Of a stretch of 40,991 nt of DNA, positions 26,915 to 34,781 are shown piece after piece. The stretch lies in assembly GCA_964398905.1 (NCBI GenBank), contig CAYNOV010000002.1:1-40991 (forward strand). The letters run 5' to 3'. Both the position numbers and the translations under genes were made by a program. Positions within the stretch are counted from its first letter, which is position 1. Every line of letters begins with the position of its first letter. The notes beneath the pieces are model-generated. The model was not told the origin of the DNA and did no database searches. It worked only from the letters and a program-made list of their open reading frames with translations. The DNA comes from an uncultured Thermoplasmata archaeon. Lineage in GTDB: Archaea > Thermoplasmatota > Thermoplasmata > Halarchaeoplasmatales > Halarchaeoplasmataceae.

Positions 26915-27249
26915 CTCAACACCTCTACGATTTTACCAGTCACGCCTATCGTTATTAAAAAACTCAATACTAAAGCACCTAATATCGGCAATAATTCTCT
27001 CCTCAAAAGCCCAAAATAAAGCATTATCCCTACACCTGGAGGGATGAACATTATGCTCATATTATCAACGAACAACTCGGCTTCTTTTTCTACGTCGTCG
27101 ATGTTTATCATACCGGTCATCAAGGCTAAAACCAAAAATATCATACCCAAAACGTTACCGGGAACTGGCAATCCCGTCATTTCAACACTTAACTCTCCGA
27201 GAAAGTAAAAACCGAATATTATGGCGAGTCCCTTGTAGATTTTCATCAC
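26911..27249 (-). CDS. lrgA: LrgA/CidA (holin-like) family membrane protein
   Basis: About 110 aa with four predicted TM helices, positioned immediately upstream of lrgB. Start is GTG at 27249 or ATG at 27246, overlapping the methyltransferase TGA. Confidence 0.7.
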   Translation of the reverse strand: MMKIYKGLAIIFGFYFLGELSVEMTGLPVPGNVLGMIFLVLALMTGMINIDDVEKEAELFVDNMSIMFIPPGVGIMLYFGLLRRELLPILGALVLSFLITIGVTGKIVEVLR

Positions 27250-27812
27250 CTTTTTGCGTGTAATATGTACTGGAAAAAATTAATCTTTTCGATATCAACC
27301 TCAAATCCTTTATCATGAAATACTCTGATTATCTTTTCTCTTTCATAGAAACTTGAATCTTCTCCTAACAACCTTTCTCCTATCTCCACCATCCTTGTGA
27401 GAGGATTGTCGGCTTCCAACTCAAGTATTATGATTTCACCTTCATGTCTTAAAACCCTGATCATCTCTTCTAGACTTTTTTCTATCTTCTCAAAATGATG
27501 AAGCGCATCGATTGAAAAGACCACATCAAATTTATAAGACTCAAAGGGTAGAGCTGAAGCGCTTCCTATTATCGCATGATCATCGGAACTAGTTCTTTTT
27601 AACATATTCTTTGACCTATCCACGACAAATCTTCTCGTTTTGGGTTGAATTTTAGAAATGATTCTCATCAGTCGACCGGTCCCTCCACCTACGTCGAGGA
27701 TGCGATCGTTTTCCCTTAAATGTATTTTCTTTCCGACCTGTTTTTCTAGGTCTGGGATGACCGGTCTAGATAAATGATCGTAGATCGGAGCTAGCCTATC
27801 GAATATTGTCAT
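27246..27812 (-). CDS. class I SAM-dependent methyltransferase (UbiE/type-11-like)
   Basis: Motif I is [10 protein letters not shown]. Also [11 protein letters not shown] and L.PGG-like RHEGEI. The track start at 27860 runs into the divergent promoter region, so I prefer ATG at 27812 ([12 protein letters not shown]). Confidence 0.75.
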   Translation of the reverse strand: MTIFDRLAPIYDHLSRPVIPDLEKQVGKKIHLRENDRILDVGGGTGRLMRIISKIQPKTRRFVVDRSKNMLKRTSSDDHAIIGSASALPFESYKFDVVFSIDALHHFEKIEKSLEEMIRVLRHEGEIIILELEADNPLTRMVEIGERLLGEDSSFYEREKIIRVFHDKGFEVDIEKINFFQYILHAKR

Positions 27813-27934
27813 CTCGAACTTTACTCCCGATAACGAATAGGTTGTTAGTGCTAAAATCATTTTTGATAGTATTTGGGCTTAAAATTCATTTCCGAAACAA
27901 AGCATTTAATAATATCGACATAATCACCGAGAAT

Positions 27935-28804
27935 ATGGGAATATTAGTAGATGAAAATACGGAAGTGATCGTTCAGGGTATAACAGGTCAACAGGGTATT
28001 TTTCACAGCGATTACATGAAGCAATACGGAACTAACATCGTGGCGGGTGTAACACCTGGCAAAGGCGGTAAAGAAGTCAATGATATCCCGGTTTTCAACA
28101 CCGTGGAGAGAGCCAAGGAAGAAGTGGGAGGAAACACTTCGATCATATTCGTTCCGGCTCCATTTGCCAAAGATGCGGCTTTCGAGGCGATAGAGGCAGG
28201 ATTGGATCCAGTGGTCATAATAACTGAAAGCATACCTGTTCAGGATTCGGCTAAGATAATGCGTTTGGCAGAGATGAACGACACGACGATAATAGGTCCG
28301 AATACGCCAGGGATAATCTCACCAGGGAAGAGCAAAGTAGGGATAATGCCCAATCATATTTTTGAAGAAGGCGATATCGGATTGGTCTCTAGGAGTGGAA
28401 CACTGACTTATGAGATCGTCAATACGATATCGAAAAAAGGTCACGGACAATCGACGGCCTTCGGCTTAGGTGGTGATCCTATTGTTGGTATGGACTTCAT
28501 AGATGCGCTTGAACTTTACGAGGACGACCCTGGTACAGATGCGGTCATAATGATTGGAGAGATAGGCGGGAGTGCAGAGGAAAAAGCTGCCAAATACATA
28601 AAAGAAGGATACGATAAGCCCGTAGTCGCCTACATAGCTGGAAGGACCGCTCCGGAAGGTAAAAGGATGGGACACGCTGGCGCGATCGTCTCTGAGGGCG
28701 GAACAGGAACAGCAGAATCTAAGATAGAGGCTCTTAAAAACGCTGGTGTTTCAGTCGCTAAGATGCCAACTGAGATAGGAGAAATATTGGATAAAGAACT
28801 GTGA
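27935..28804 (+). CDS. sucD: succinyl-CoA ligase (ADP-forming) alpha subunit
   Basis: [17 protein letters not shown] and the phosphohistidine loop MGHAGAI. The track ORF from 27806 has a non-homologous hydrophobic N-terminal extension. The true start is ATG at 27935 (MGILVDENT). Confidence 0.9.
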   Translation: MGILVDENTEVIVQGITGQQGIFHSDYMKQYGTNIVAGVTPGKGGKEVNDIPVFNTVERAKEEVGGNTSIIFVPAPFAKDAAFEAIEAGLDPVVIITESIPVQDSAKIMRLAEMNDTTIIGPNTPGIISPGKSKVGIMPNHIFEEGDIGLVSRSGTLTYEIVNTISKKGHGQSTAFGLGGDPIVGMDFIDALELYEDDPGTDAVIMIGEIGGSAEEKAAKYIKEGYDKPVVAYIAGRTAPEGKRMGHAGAIVSEGGTGTAESKIEALKNAGVSVAKMPTEIGEILDKEL

Positions 28805-28827
28805 TACAGGGAATAAATCTAATAATA

Positions 28828-29553
28828 TTAAAGGAGATCTACTATTTCCGGCAATTTCTTTCCGACCTTTCCCTTTAGGAACTTATCTGAGACTTCATCA
28901 CTCAAAGGTGTCTTTTCTAGGTTTATCTCGATGACTTTGGCCCCAGACCTTTTAGCCATCATCGGTATCGAAGCGGCAGGCTGGACAATCGCCGACGTAC
29001 CCAACGAAAACAGGATATCACATCCTTCAGCTTCTCTCCACGCTCGCCGTAAAACTTTTTGCGGTAGTGCTTCCCCGAATAGAACCACGTCTGGCTTCAA
29101 TATCTTTTCACACTCGCACCGAGGTATCTTACCTTCTTTTATCTCATCTAAAAATCTATCTGTTTTGAAGGTGTTCTGACAGTTTTGGCAGACTAACCGG
29201 TAAAGTGAACCGTGTAATTCTAAAATATCGCTACTGTCCGCTCTTTGGTGAAGTCCATCGATATTTTGGGTTATTATGGAACTTAACCCATGCTCTTCTA
29301 GTTTTGCAAGTGAATGGTGTCCTTGATGAGGCTCACTTTCGAAGCTTTCTTCGATCTGGAGCTTGAATAGTTTCCAGCATTTCTCGGGATCTTCAGAGAA
29401 AGCTTGTGCGCTGGCGACCTCTTCAGGATCGAATTCGTTCCAGAGACCATTTTTTCCCCTAAAAGGAGCTATCCCACTTTCTACCGACATACCTGCTCCA
29501 GTGAACGCTACGATCCTTTCTGCCTCTTTTATATATTCGATTATCTCGTTCAT
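28828..29553 (-). CDS. cobB: NAD-dependent protein deacylase (Sir2/CobB family)
   Basis: GAGMSVESGIAPFRG, TQNIDGLH, and a zinc ribbon CQNC...CEC. Confidence 0.85.
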   Translation of the reverse strand: MNEIIEYIKEAERIVAFTGAGMSVESGIAPFRGKNGLWNEFDPEEVASAQAFSEDPEKCWKLFKLQIEESFESEPHQGHHSLAKLEEHGLSSIITQNIDGLHQRADSSDILELHGSLYRLVCQNCQNTFKTDRFLDEIKEGKIPRCECEKILKPDVVLFGEALPQKVLRRAWREAEGCDILFSLGTSAIVQPAASIPMMAKRSGAKVIEINLEKTPLSDEVSDKFLKGKVGKKLPEIVDLL

Positions 29554-29575
29554 ATCAAAAAAAGAAAGAAGGGTT

Positions 29576-30160
29576 TTAAAGCTCGGCTTTCACCTTTTCG
29601 AGGTTTTTCGAAACCTCCTTAGCTACGTCATCATGGATACTGTTTCCGGCGGAATCCATGGTCACCAAGAAAGGTCCCGCTTCTTCTACTCTGAACATCC
29701 AGAAAGCTTCTGGGATACCCAATTCTTCGAGGAAGTAGACGTCTTCGACCTCTTTTATAGCGTTTGCCATGAGTGCACCTGCACCACCAGTATATTGACA
29801 GTATACCGCACCGTGTTTTTGTAGTGCCTTCAGGGTTCTATCTGCCATCCCGCCTTTTCCGATGATGATCTTCGTTCCAAAACGCTCGATGAAATCGTCT
29901 TCAAATATCTCCAATCTTATACTAGTAGTGGGTCCAGCGGAGACGACCTTCCATTCTCCGTCTTCTTTATGTATTGCTGGACCGCAGTGGAACATAGCGT
30001 ATTTTGAAGGATCGAAAGGGATATCCTCGTCGTCCATCTCTAGAAGGAGTTCGTGTGCGGCGTCTCTTGCTGTGAATAACGTACCGGTTATGTAGAAAGC
30101 ATCACCGACTCGCAATTTTTTTACTTCTTCAGGATCAATGGGTGTTTCAAGAACTTTCAT
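29576..30160 (-). CDS. fumB: class I fumarate hydratase, beta (C-terminal) subunit
   Basis: Fe-S hydro-lyase beta-type pattern (GTLFTARDAAH, IIGKGG, YTGGAGAL). Coupled to the alpha subunit through ATGA. Confidence 0.8.
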   Translation of the reverse strand: MKVLETPIDPEEVKKLRVGDAFYITGTLFTARDAAHELLLEMDDEDIPFDPSKYAMFHCGPAIHKEDGEWKVVSAGPTTSIRLEIFEDDFIERFGTKIIIGKGGMADRTLKALQKHGAVYCQYTGGAGALMANAIKEVEDVYFLEELGIPEAFWMFRVEEAGPFLVTMDSAGNSIHDDVAKEVSKNLEKVKAEL

Positions 30161-31029
30161 CTTATCACCTCTACTTCTCCTTCAGAATCGATTTTGACTT
30201 TTGCCTGGCGGTTTGCCCAACATTGTGGTAATACGGCAACTGGATAAGACGCAGGATGCCGATGTGCGTATTCTATTTTGACGTCCAATACGGTCGTTTT
30301 TCCTCCTACGCCCATAGGACCGACTCCAAGATCGTTGGCTTTCTCGAGCAATTCCTCTTCAAGTTTTGCTATTCTTTCCTCAGCGTGTCTCTCGCCGACC
30401 GGTCTTAAAAGAGCTTTTTTAGCCAATTCCATGGCTAGATCGGCACCGCCTCCTAGTCCCACACCAATGGTCGTGGGAGGACATGGTTTTCCTGCCATCT
30501 CTGCTATCTGATCAAGGACTATCTCTTTCACGCCTTTTAGCCCTCTTCCAGGCGTCATCATCTCTAGTTTACTCATGTTTTCACTACCTCCTCCTTTGGG
30601 GATTATGTAGATCATAGCTTCATCACCATCCACGATATCCCAATGGATCGAAGGGATGAAACGCCCGGTGTTGTCTCCACTGTTCTTATCGCTTATCGGA
30701 TCGACAGCGTTAGGTCTGAGTGGGATCACCTCAGTAGCTTTCTTCACAGATGAATTGAGCGCGTTTTTTAATTCTCCACTCCATTTAAAATCCGCACCCA
30801 GTTCTACGAAGAAAGTTTGAGTCCCAGTATCTTGGCAGATCGGTCTCTTTTCACTCTTGCCCACATCTATGTTTTCTAATATCGCGTCCAACTGTACTTT
30901 TGCACCCTCTTTCTCTTCACGTTCTTTAGCATCTTTGAGTGCGGATTCCGTGTCCTCAGTAACGCTCGTGACAGCTTCTCGAATACCTTCTATCAAATTT
31001 TCCTCTAGATCAGCCCTATTCATATTCAT
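30157..31029 (-). CDS. fumA: class I fumarate hydratase, alpha (N-terminal) subunit
   Basis: Fe-S hydro-lyase alpha-type pattern ([26 protein letters not shown]). L(+)-tartrate dehydratase cannot be excluded from sequence alone. Confidence 0.8.
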   Translation of the reverse strand: MNMNRADLEENLIEGIREAVTSVTEDTESALKDAKEREEKEGAKVQLDAILENIDVGKSEKRPICQDTGTQTFFVELGADFKWSGELKNALNSSVKKATEVIPLRPNAVDPISDKNSGDNTGRFIPSIHWDIVDGDEAMIYIIPKGGGSENMSKLEMMTPGRGLKGVKEIVLDQIAEMAGKPCPPTTIGVGLGGGADLAMELAKKALLRPVGERHAEERIAKLEEELLEKANDLGVGPMGVGGKTTVLDVKIEYAHRHPASYPVAVLPQCWANRQAKVKIDSEGEVEVIR

Positions 31030-31087
31030 CGGACAGATAAATACAAGTTAGCATAAAAAACTTTCCGGAATGATTTTCAACTGAATC

Positions 31088-31384
31088 TCATATCCTTTTA
31101 CAGATATCACACATCATATCGTCGACTTTTTTCTGTGTGAGTTGGCCCGATTCACTTAGATTGTATATGTCCCTAGAGATCTCTTCTATAGCACCCTCGA
31201 TGTCTTCAGGTATTTCAGTGGTTTTGCCTCGACTACCCCTTATATATTGAGATACAGCAGGTTGAGTTATATCCAATATCTCTGAGATCTCCACCTGTTT
31301 CAGATCGTATTCGTTGTAAAGGATATATGCGATCTTTGATTTAACGGTGGGCATATACTCGTTCACGAATTCTTCGCAGCGCAT
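31088..31384 (-). CDS. small HTH transcriptional regulator with terminal cysteines
   Basis: The helix-turn-helix segment is LKQVEISEILDITQPAVSQYIRG. Cys3 lies at the N-terminus and C-D-I-C at the C-terminus. Confidence 0.6.
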   Translation of the reverse strand: MRCEEFVNEYMPTVKSKIAYILYNEYDLKQVEISEILDITQPAVSQYIRGSRGKTTEIPEDIEGAIEEISRDIYNLSESGQLTQKKVDDMMCDICKRI

Positions 31385-31482
31385 CTTGATTGACCTAGTT
31401 TAACCTAAGGATTCATAGTTTATTAATATAACCCTCACCATCTTCCGCAAAAATCAAAAATAAGATGACAACATAGTTATAA

Positions 31483-31770
31483 ATGATGTACGATGTAGTT
31501 GAACCGTGTTCAGATTCTGGTGCTTACAGAGCAGAGCCCACCGAGGAGATAAGGATAGACCTTGAAAGATTGGAGCAATACTTGGTAGAAAGGGATTTTG
31601 AGATCGGATTTTCATCGGAAGTGATATTATTGGTGGAACATCCAGACTTAGATGTTGAAGTCGGGATCTATCCTTCTGGAAAACTTCTTTTCAAGACCAC
31701 GGATGAAAACAAAGTAGATAAGTTGTTCGAAGAGTTCACCTCATTAGTGGAAGATTTTAAAGAAGATTAG
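31483..31770 (+). CDS. small acidic protein resembling a single TBP-like half-domain
   Basis: VGIYPSGKLLFKTTDENKVDKLFEEF resembles the TBP repeat core LIFSSGKxVxTGAKSxxD (from memory). TAG stop overlaps the convergent cysteine desulfurase stop. Confidence 0.45.
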   Translation: MMYDVVEPCSDSGAYRAEPTEEIRIDLERLEQYLVERDFEIGFSSEVILLVEHPDLDVEVGIYPSGKLLFKTTDENKVDKLFEEFTSLVEDFKED

Positions 31771-32948
31771 CCGAGGAGAGACTTGATCACGTCTACGAAC
31801 TTTTTAACTTCTTCTTCAGTATTGTATAAGTAAAAAGAAGCTCTATTCCCACCTTCTAATCCATGGAAACTGTACCAAGAATGGACGCACTGCTGTCCCC
31901 CTCTTAGAAGTATGTTTTCTTCATCCATTAACAGGGTTATCTCGTGGCAGCCCAATTGATCCATCTGAAAGTTGAATATCCCTGATCTTTTCTCTGGATC
32001 TTCAGGTCCGATTATATTCACAAGATCTCTTAATTCTTCGGTCGCGAGCTTGTTCAATTTGAGTTCGTGTTTCTCGATATTTTTCAAACCGATCTTTTGT
32101 ATATAATCCACAGCAGGTTTAACAGCGGCTAGACTTGCAAAATTTTGAAGACCAGCTTCAAATTTAGCAGGGGAGTCCTGTAGAGTAGCTTCGTCATACC
32201 TTGTCGATTTTACCCCACCGCCTCCATATGTCAAAGGTTCGATCTCTTCTAGAAGGTCTTTTCTTCCGTAAAGTACGCCCAAACCTGTAGGTCCCAACAT
32301 CTTGTGAACGGAAAATGCCAAAAAATCAGCTCCTATATCTTTCACATCTACAGGTCTATGTGGGACGCTTTGAGCCCCATCCAACATGAAATACGCATCG
32401 TTTTCGTGGGCTATATCGGCGATTTGTGATGCAGGTGTAGTAGTACCGTCAAGATTGGATGTATGTACCATGGAAACTATCTTGACATCTTCATCGATCT
32501 TATCTTTCAGATCGTCTATATTCAATTCGCCATCATCGTTCGTAGCGACCTGCTCGTATTCTATTCCCCTTTTTTCCTTCATCTTTATCCATGGGACGAG
32601 GTTGCTGTTGTGCTCTTTATCTGTTGTTAGTACTTTGTCACCTTTCCCCAAGTCCAAACCTCTAGCTACAGTATTTATAGACTCAGTAGTATTCTTTGTA
32701 AATGCGATTTCATCTGTTTCAGAAGCGTTCAATAGATCTCTTACACTCTCCCGGCCTTTTTTTATTTCTCTCGTCAGTCTAGTTGAAAGTGTGTGAGAAC
32801 TTCTTTTCCCCTCACAGACCGGGAACTCACAGTAGTATCTTTTGACCGCTTCTATGACTGAGTGGGGTTTAAGGCTCAAACAGGCGCTATCGAAGTAGAT
32901 GTATTCATCTACTACGGGAAAGTCCTTCCTTATACTTTCTACATCCAT
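31767..32948 (-). CDS. cysteine desulfurase (class V aminotransferase, SufS/CsdA-like)
   Basis: PLP lysine in SVHKMLGP, HTSN, and a catalytic Cys loop RGGQQCVHS. The track start at 32984 is TTG. ATG at 32948 (MDVESIRKDFPV) has GAGG 6 nt upstream. Confidence 0.85.
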   Translation of the reverse strand: MDVESIRKDFPVVDEYIYFDSACLSLKPHSVIEAVKRYYCEFPVCEGKRSSHTLSTRLTREIKKGRESVRDLLNASETDEIAFTKNTTESINTVARGLDLGKGDKVLTTDKEHNSNLVPWIKMKEKRGIEYEQVATNDDGELNIDDLKDKIDEDVKIVSMVHTSNLDGTTTPASQIADIAHENDAYFMLDGAQSVPHRPVDVKDIGADFLAFSVHKMLGPTGLGVLYGRKDLLEEIEPLTYGGGGVKSTRYDEATLQDSPAKFEAGLQNFASLAAVKPAVDYIQKIGLKNIEKHELKLNKLATEELRDLVNIIGPEDPEKRSGIFNFQMDQLGCHEITLLMDEENILLRGGQQCVHSWYSFHGLEGGNRASFYLYNTEEEVKKFVDVIKSLLG

Positions 32949-33074
32949 CTTTAGCCTCTTTTGTACTGGAGTTGTTTTAGCCAATTGGTATCGATTATTA
33001 AAGTATATCCTTGGTTAGAGTATTTGATGCGATTAATTAGACCATAGAATCCGAGCAATATAAAAATAACGACG

Positions 33075-33842
33075 TTATTGATTTTGATCATTTTCTTTGA
33101 ATTGTTCCAATCTCCTTGAGTGTTCTTCGCAAAGTTCACCTTGGATCTGATTTTGGATAACATCTTTCTGCCAGTGAGAGTTTTTAAGGGCACAATCTTC
33201 CTTATCACAGAAAGGATACCCCTCCAAACGCCAAAAGATCGTTTGTAAAAGATAGGATTTAACAGCACTCTCCATCCTGCGATCAGAGTGGGTCATCGGT
33301 TCAAAGTCGAGTATATCTTCCTTTTCATCCTCGTCAGCAAAATAGTATTCTCTCGGTTTTGCCGGCCCTTCAACGATACCTGAAACGGAGATTATCGAAG
33401 GGATAGAGTTGATCACGCTTCTGATATGATATCGAGACTCGTTGCTTTCTAGACTTCCGATCAGTCTCTTAGTTATTATTACAGTATGCTCTTCCTTTTC
33501 TTCCTGGGATAACAACCCTCGAAAAAGTTGAACTAGCCTTAGAGCATCGTATATGATGCCTAACAGATCCTTGTTATTTTCAATTACCTTTTCCTCGATT
33601 TCGACTTCTTTTGGAAGAGGCTCTTTGAATTCTCTTTTCCGTTTATTCCTGACTTTTGTTTTTGCGATCTTTTTTGCTAGACCTTTTTCATTCTTCTTTT
33701 TAAGGAAATCTTTTTCTACTAGAACTTCGCGTCCGGTTTTTCTCTCAAGGAATTTTTTTAGATTTTCAGATTTGATGTTCTCGATCCCAGAATCAAAATA
33801 AAGAAAGATTTTTGAGAAAGGGATTTCAGCCGAGAAGTTCAT
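33075..33842 (-). CDS. hypothetical protein; archaemetzincin-like topology with a Cys-rich C-terminal site but no HExxH
   Basis: The C-terminus reads [12 protein letters not shown]-x18-C-EE-H. TIFWR occupies the place of HExxH. There is a central K/E-rich linker. Overlaps the thi4 3' end by 17 nt. Confidence 0.6.
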   Translation of the reverse strand: MNFSAEIPFSKIFLYFDSGIENIKSENLKKFLERKTGREVLVEKDFLKKKNEKGLAKKIAKTKVRNKRKREFKEPLPKEVEIEEKVIENNKDLLGIIYDALRLVQLFRGLLSQEEKEEHTVIITKRLIGSLESNESRYHIRSVINSIPSIISVSGIVEGPAKPREYYFADEDEKEDILDFEPMTHSDRRMESAVKSYLLQTIFWRLEGYPFCDKEDCALKNSHWQKDVIQNQIQGELCEEHSRRLEQFKENDQNQ

Positions 33843-34596
33843 CGGTTATTTCCGCTCCTTTTCTTCCGGAGAGAAGCATCGAACCGAAAGTGGGACCCAT
33901 CCTAGGAAGTCCGTAGGTGGTGGAAACCGCCATCCCTGTAGCCACGACCCCTTCATGGACTTTTCCGGTATGCTCGACTATCAGATCTTCCGATTCATCA
34001 ACCCACATACCGCCGAAACCAGTGGTTTCCATCATCCCTCTTTCTTCGAGTTTGCTGACGACACAGGCGTCGTGACCGGTAGCGTCAACGACGATGTCCG
34101 CTTCTAGAGAGATCGGATCCACACAGGTGATCTGTCTGGGAAGTTCCGAAACCGGTGTCCAATTTATGACGACACCTCCGACCCTGTCGTTTTCTCTCAG
34201 TACTACGTCTTCAAATTCTGTCATATTCAGTATCTGTACTCCTTCATCACATGCCTTTGATATCAACTTCGAACAGGCATGAGGCCCCATCGCAGTGTAG
34301 AGGTCGCCGTCTTTTTCATAAGGTATGTCGAGTTCGTCTAAGATCTCTTCACCTGGCGGTCTGACCGTGACAGTGTTCATCAGATAACCGCCCAGCCAGA
34401 ATCCACCTCCGAGATAGTTGTTCCTTTCTACTATCAGAACTTTTCGTCCTTTCATCGCCAGATCTCTCGCTGCCATCAAACCACTAGGACCAGCACCGAT
34501 TATGATCACTTCGGAATCGGCAAATTCGTCTAGCTTCTTTCCGAACTGCTTTACTATTGCACGCGTCACGTCACTTTCACTAGCTTTTTCGAACAT
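33826..34596 (-). CDS. thi4: thiamine thiazole synthase Thi4
   Basis: Dinucleotide-binding [18 protein letters not shown], and a C-terminal [14 protein letters not shown] typical of Thi4. Confidence 0.85.
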   Translation of the reverse strand: MFEKASESDVTRAIVKQFGKKLDEFADSEVIIIGAGPSGLMAARDLAMKGRKVLIVERNNYLGGGFWLGGYLMNTVTVRPPGEEILDELDIPYEKDGDLYTAMGPHACSKLISKACDEGVQILNMTEFEDVVLRENDRVGGVVINWTPVSELPRQITCVDPISLEADIVVDATGHDACVVSKLEERGMMETTGFGGMWVDESEDLIVEHTGKVHEGVVATGMAVSTTYGLPRMGPTFGSMLLSGRKGAEITDELLG

Positions 34597-34598
34597 GT

Positions 34599-34630
34599 TA
34601 TAACACGCATATATGACAGTGTTATATAGA
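34599..34630 (-). promoter_or_regulatory. thi4 promoter region: TATA-like element embedded in an 8-bp inverted repeat
   Basis: TATAACAC (34599..34606) and GTGTTATA (34619..34626) are separated by 12 nt. The minus strand reads AAAAAAAATCTATATAAC 25-40 nt upstream of ATG 34596. Confidence 0.35.
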
Positions 34631-34781
34631 TTTTTTTTCTGAGAAATAGAAAACTCAATCGTTAATTATAGCAGAAGACATGCAGGATTACATCCTTTTA
34701 TCATGCATAACTTCTTTTAGTGGTCTCGGAAGGATAGTTTTATTTACACCGAAAACTAATCCCTAGAATCCGGAGATATAG

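Noticed and set aside
32951-33268. 105-aa minus-strand ORF overlapping the end of the archaemetzincin-like gene and the cysteine desulfurase 5' region.
   Set aside because: It is out of frame with two well-supported genes and bridges their intergenic spacer. No motifs are present.
34597-34781. TPP riboswitch upstream of thi4, or a replication origin next to mcm.
   Set aside because: The only CTGAGA is on the wrong strand for thi4, and the thi4 leader appears to be absent (TATA about 25-34 nt from the ATG). I saw no repeated ORB-like elements or long AT-rich unwinding tract, and archaeal origins associate with orc1/cdc6 rather than mcm.
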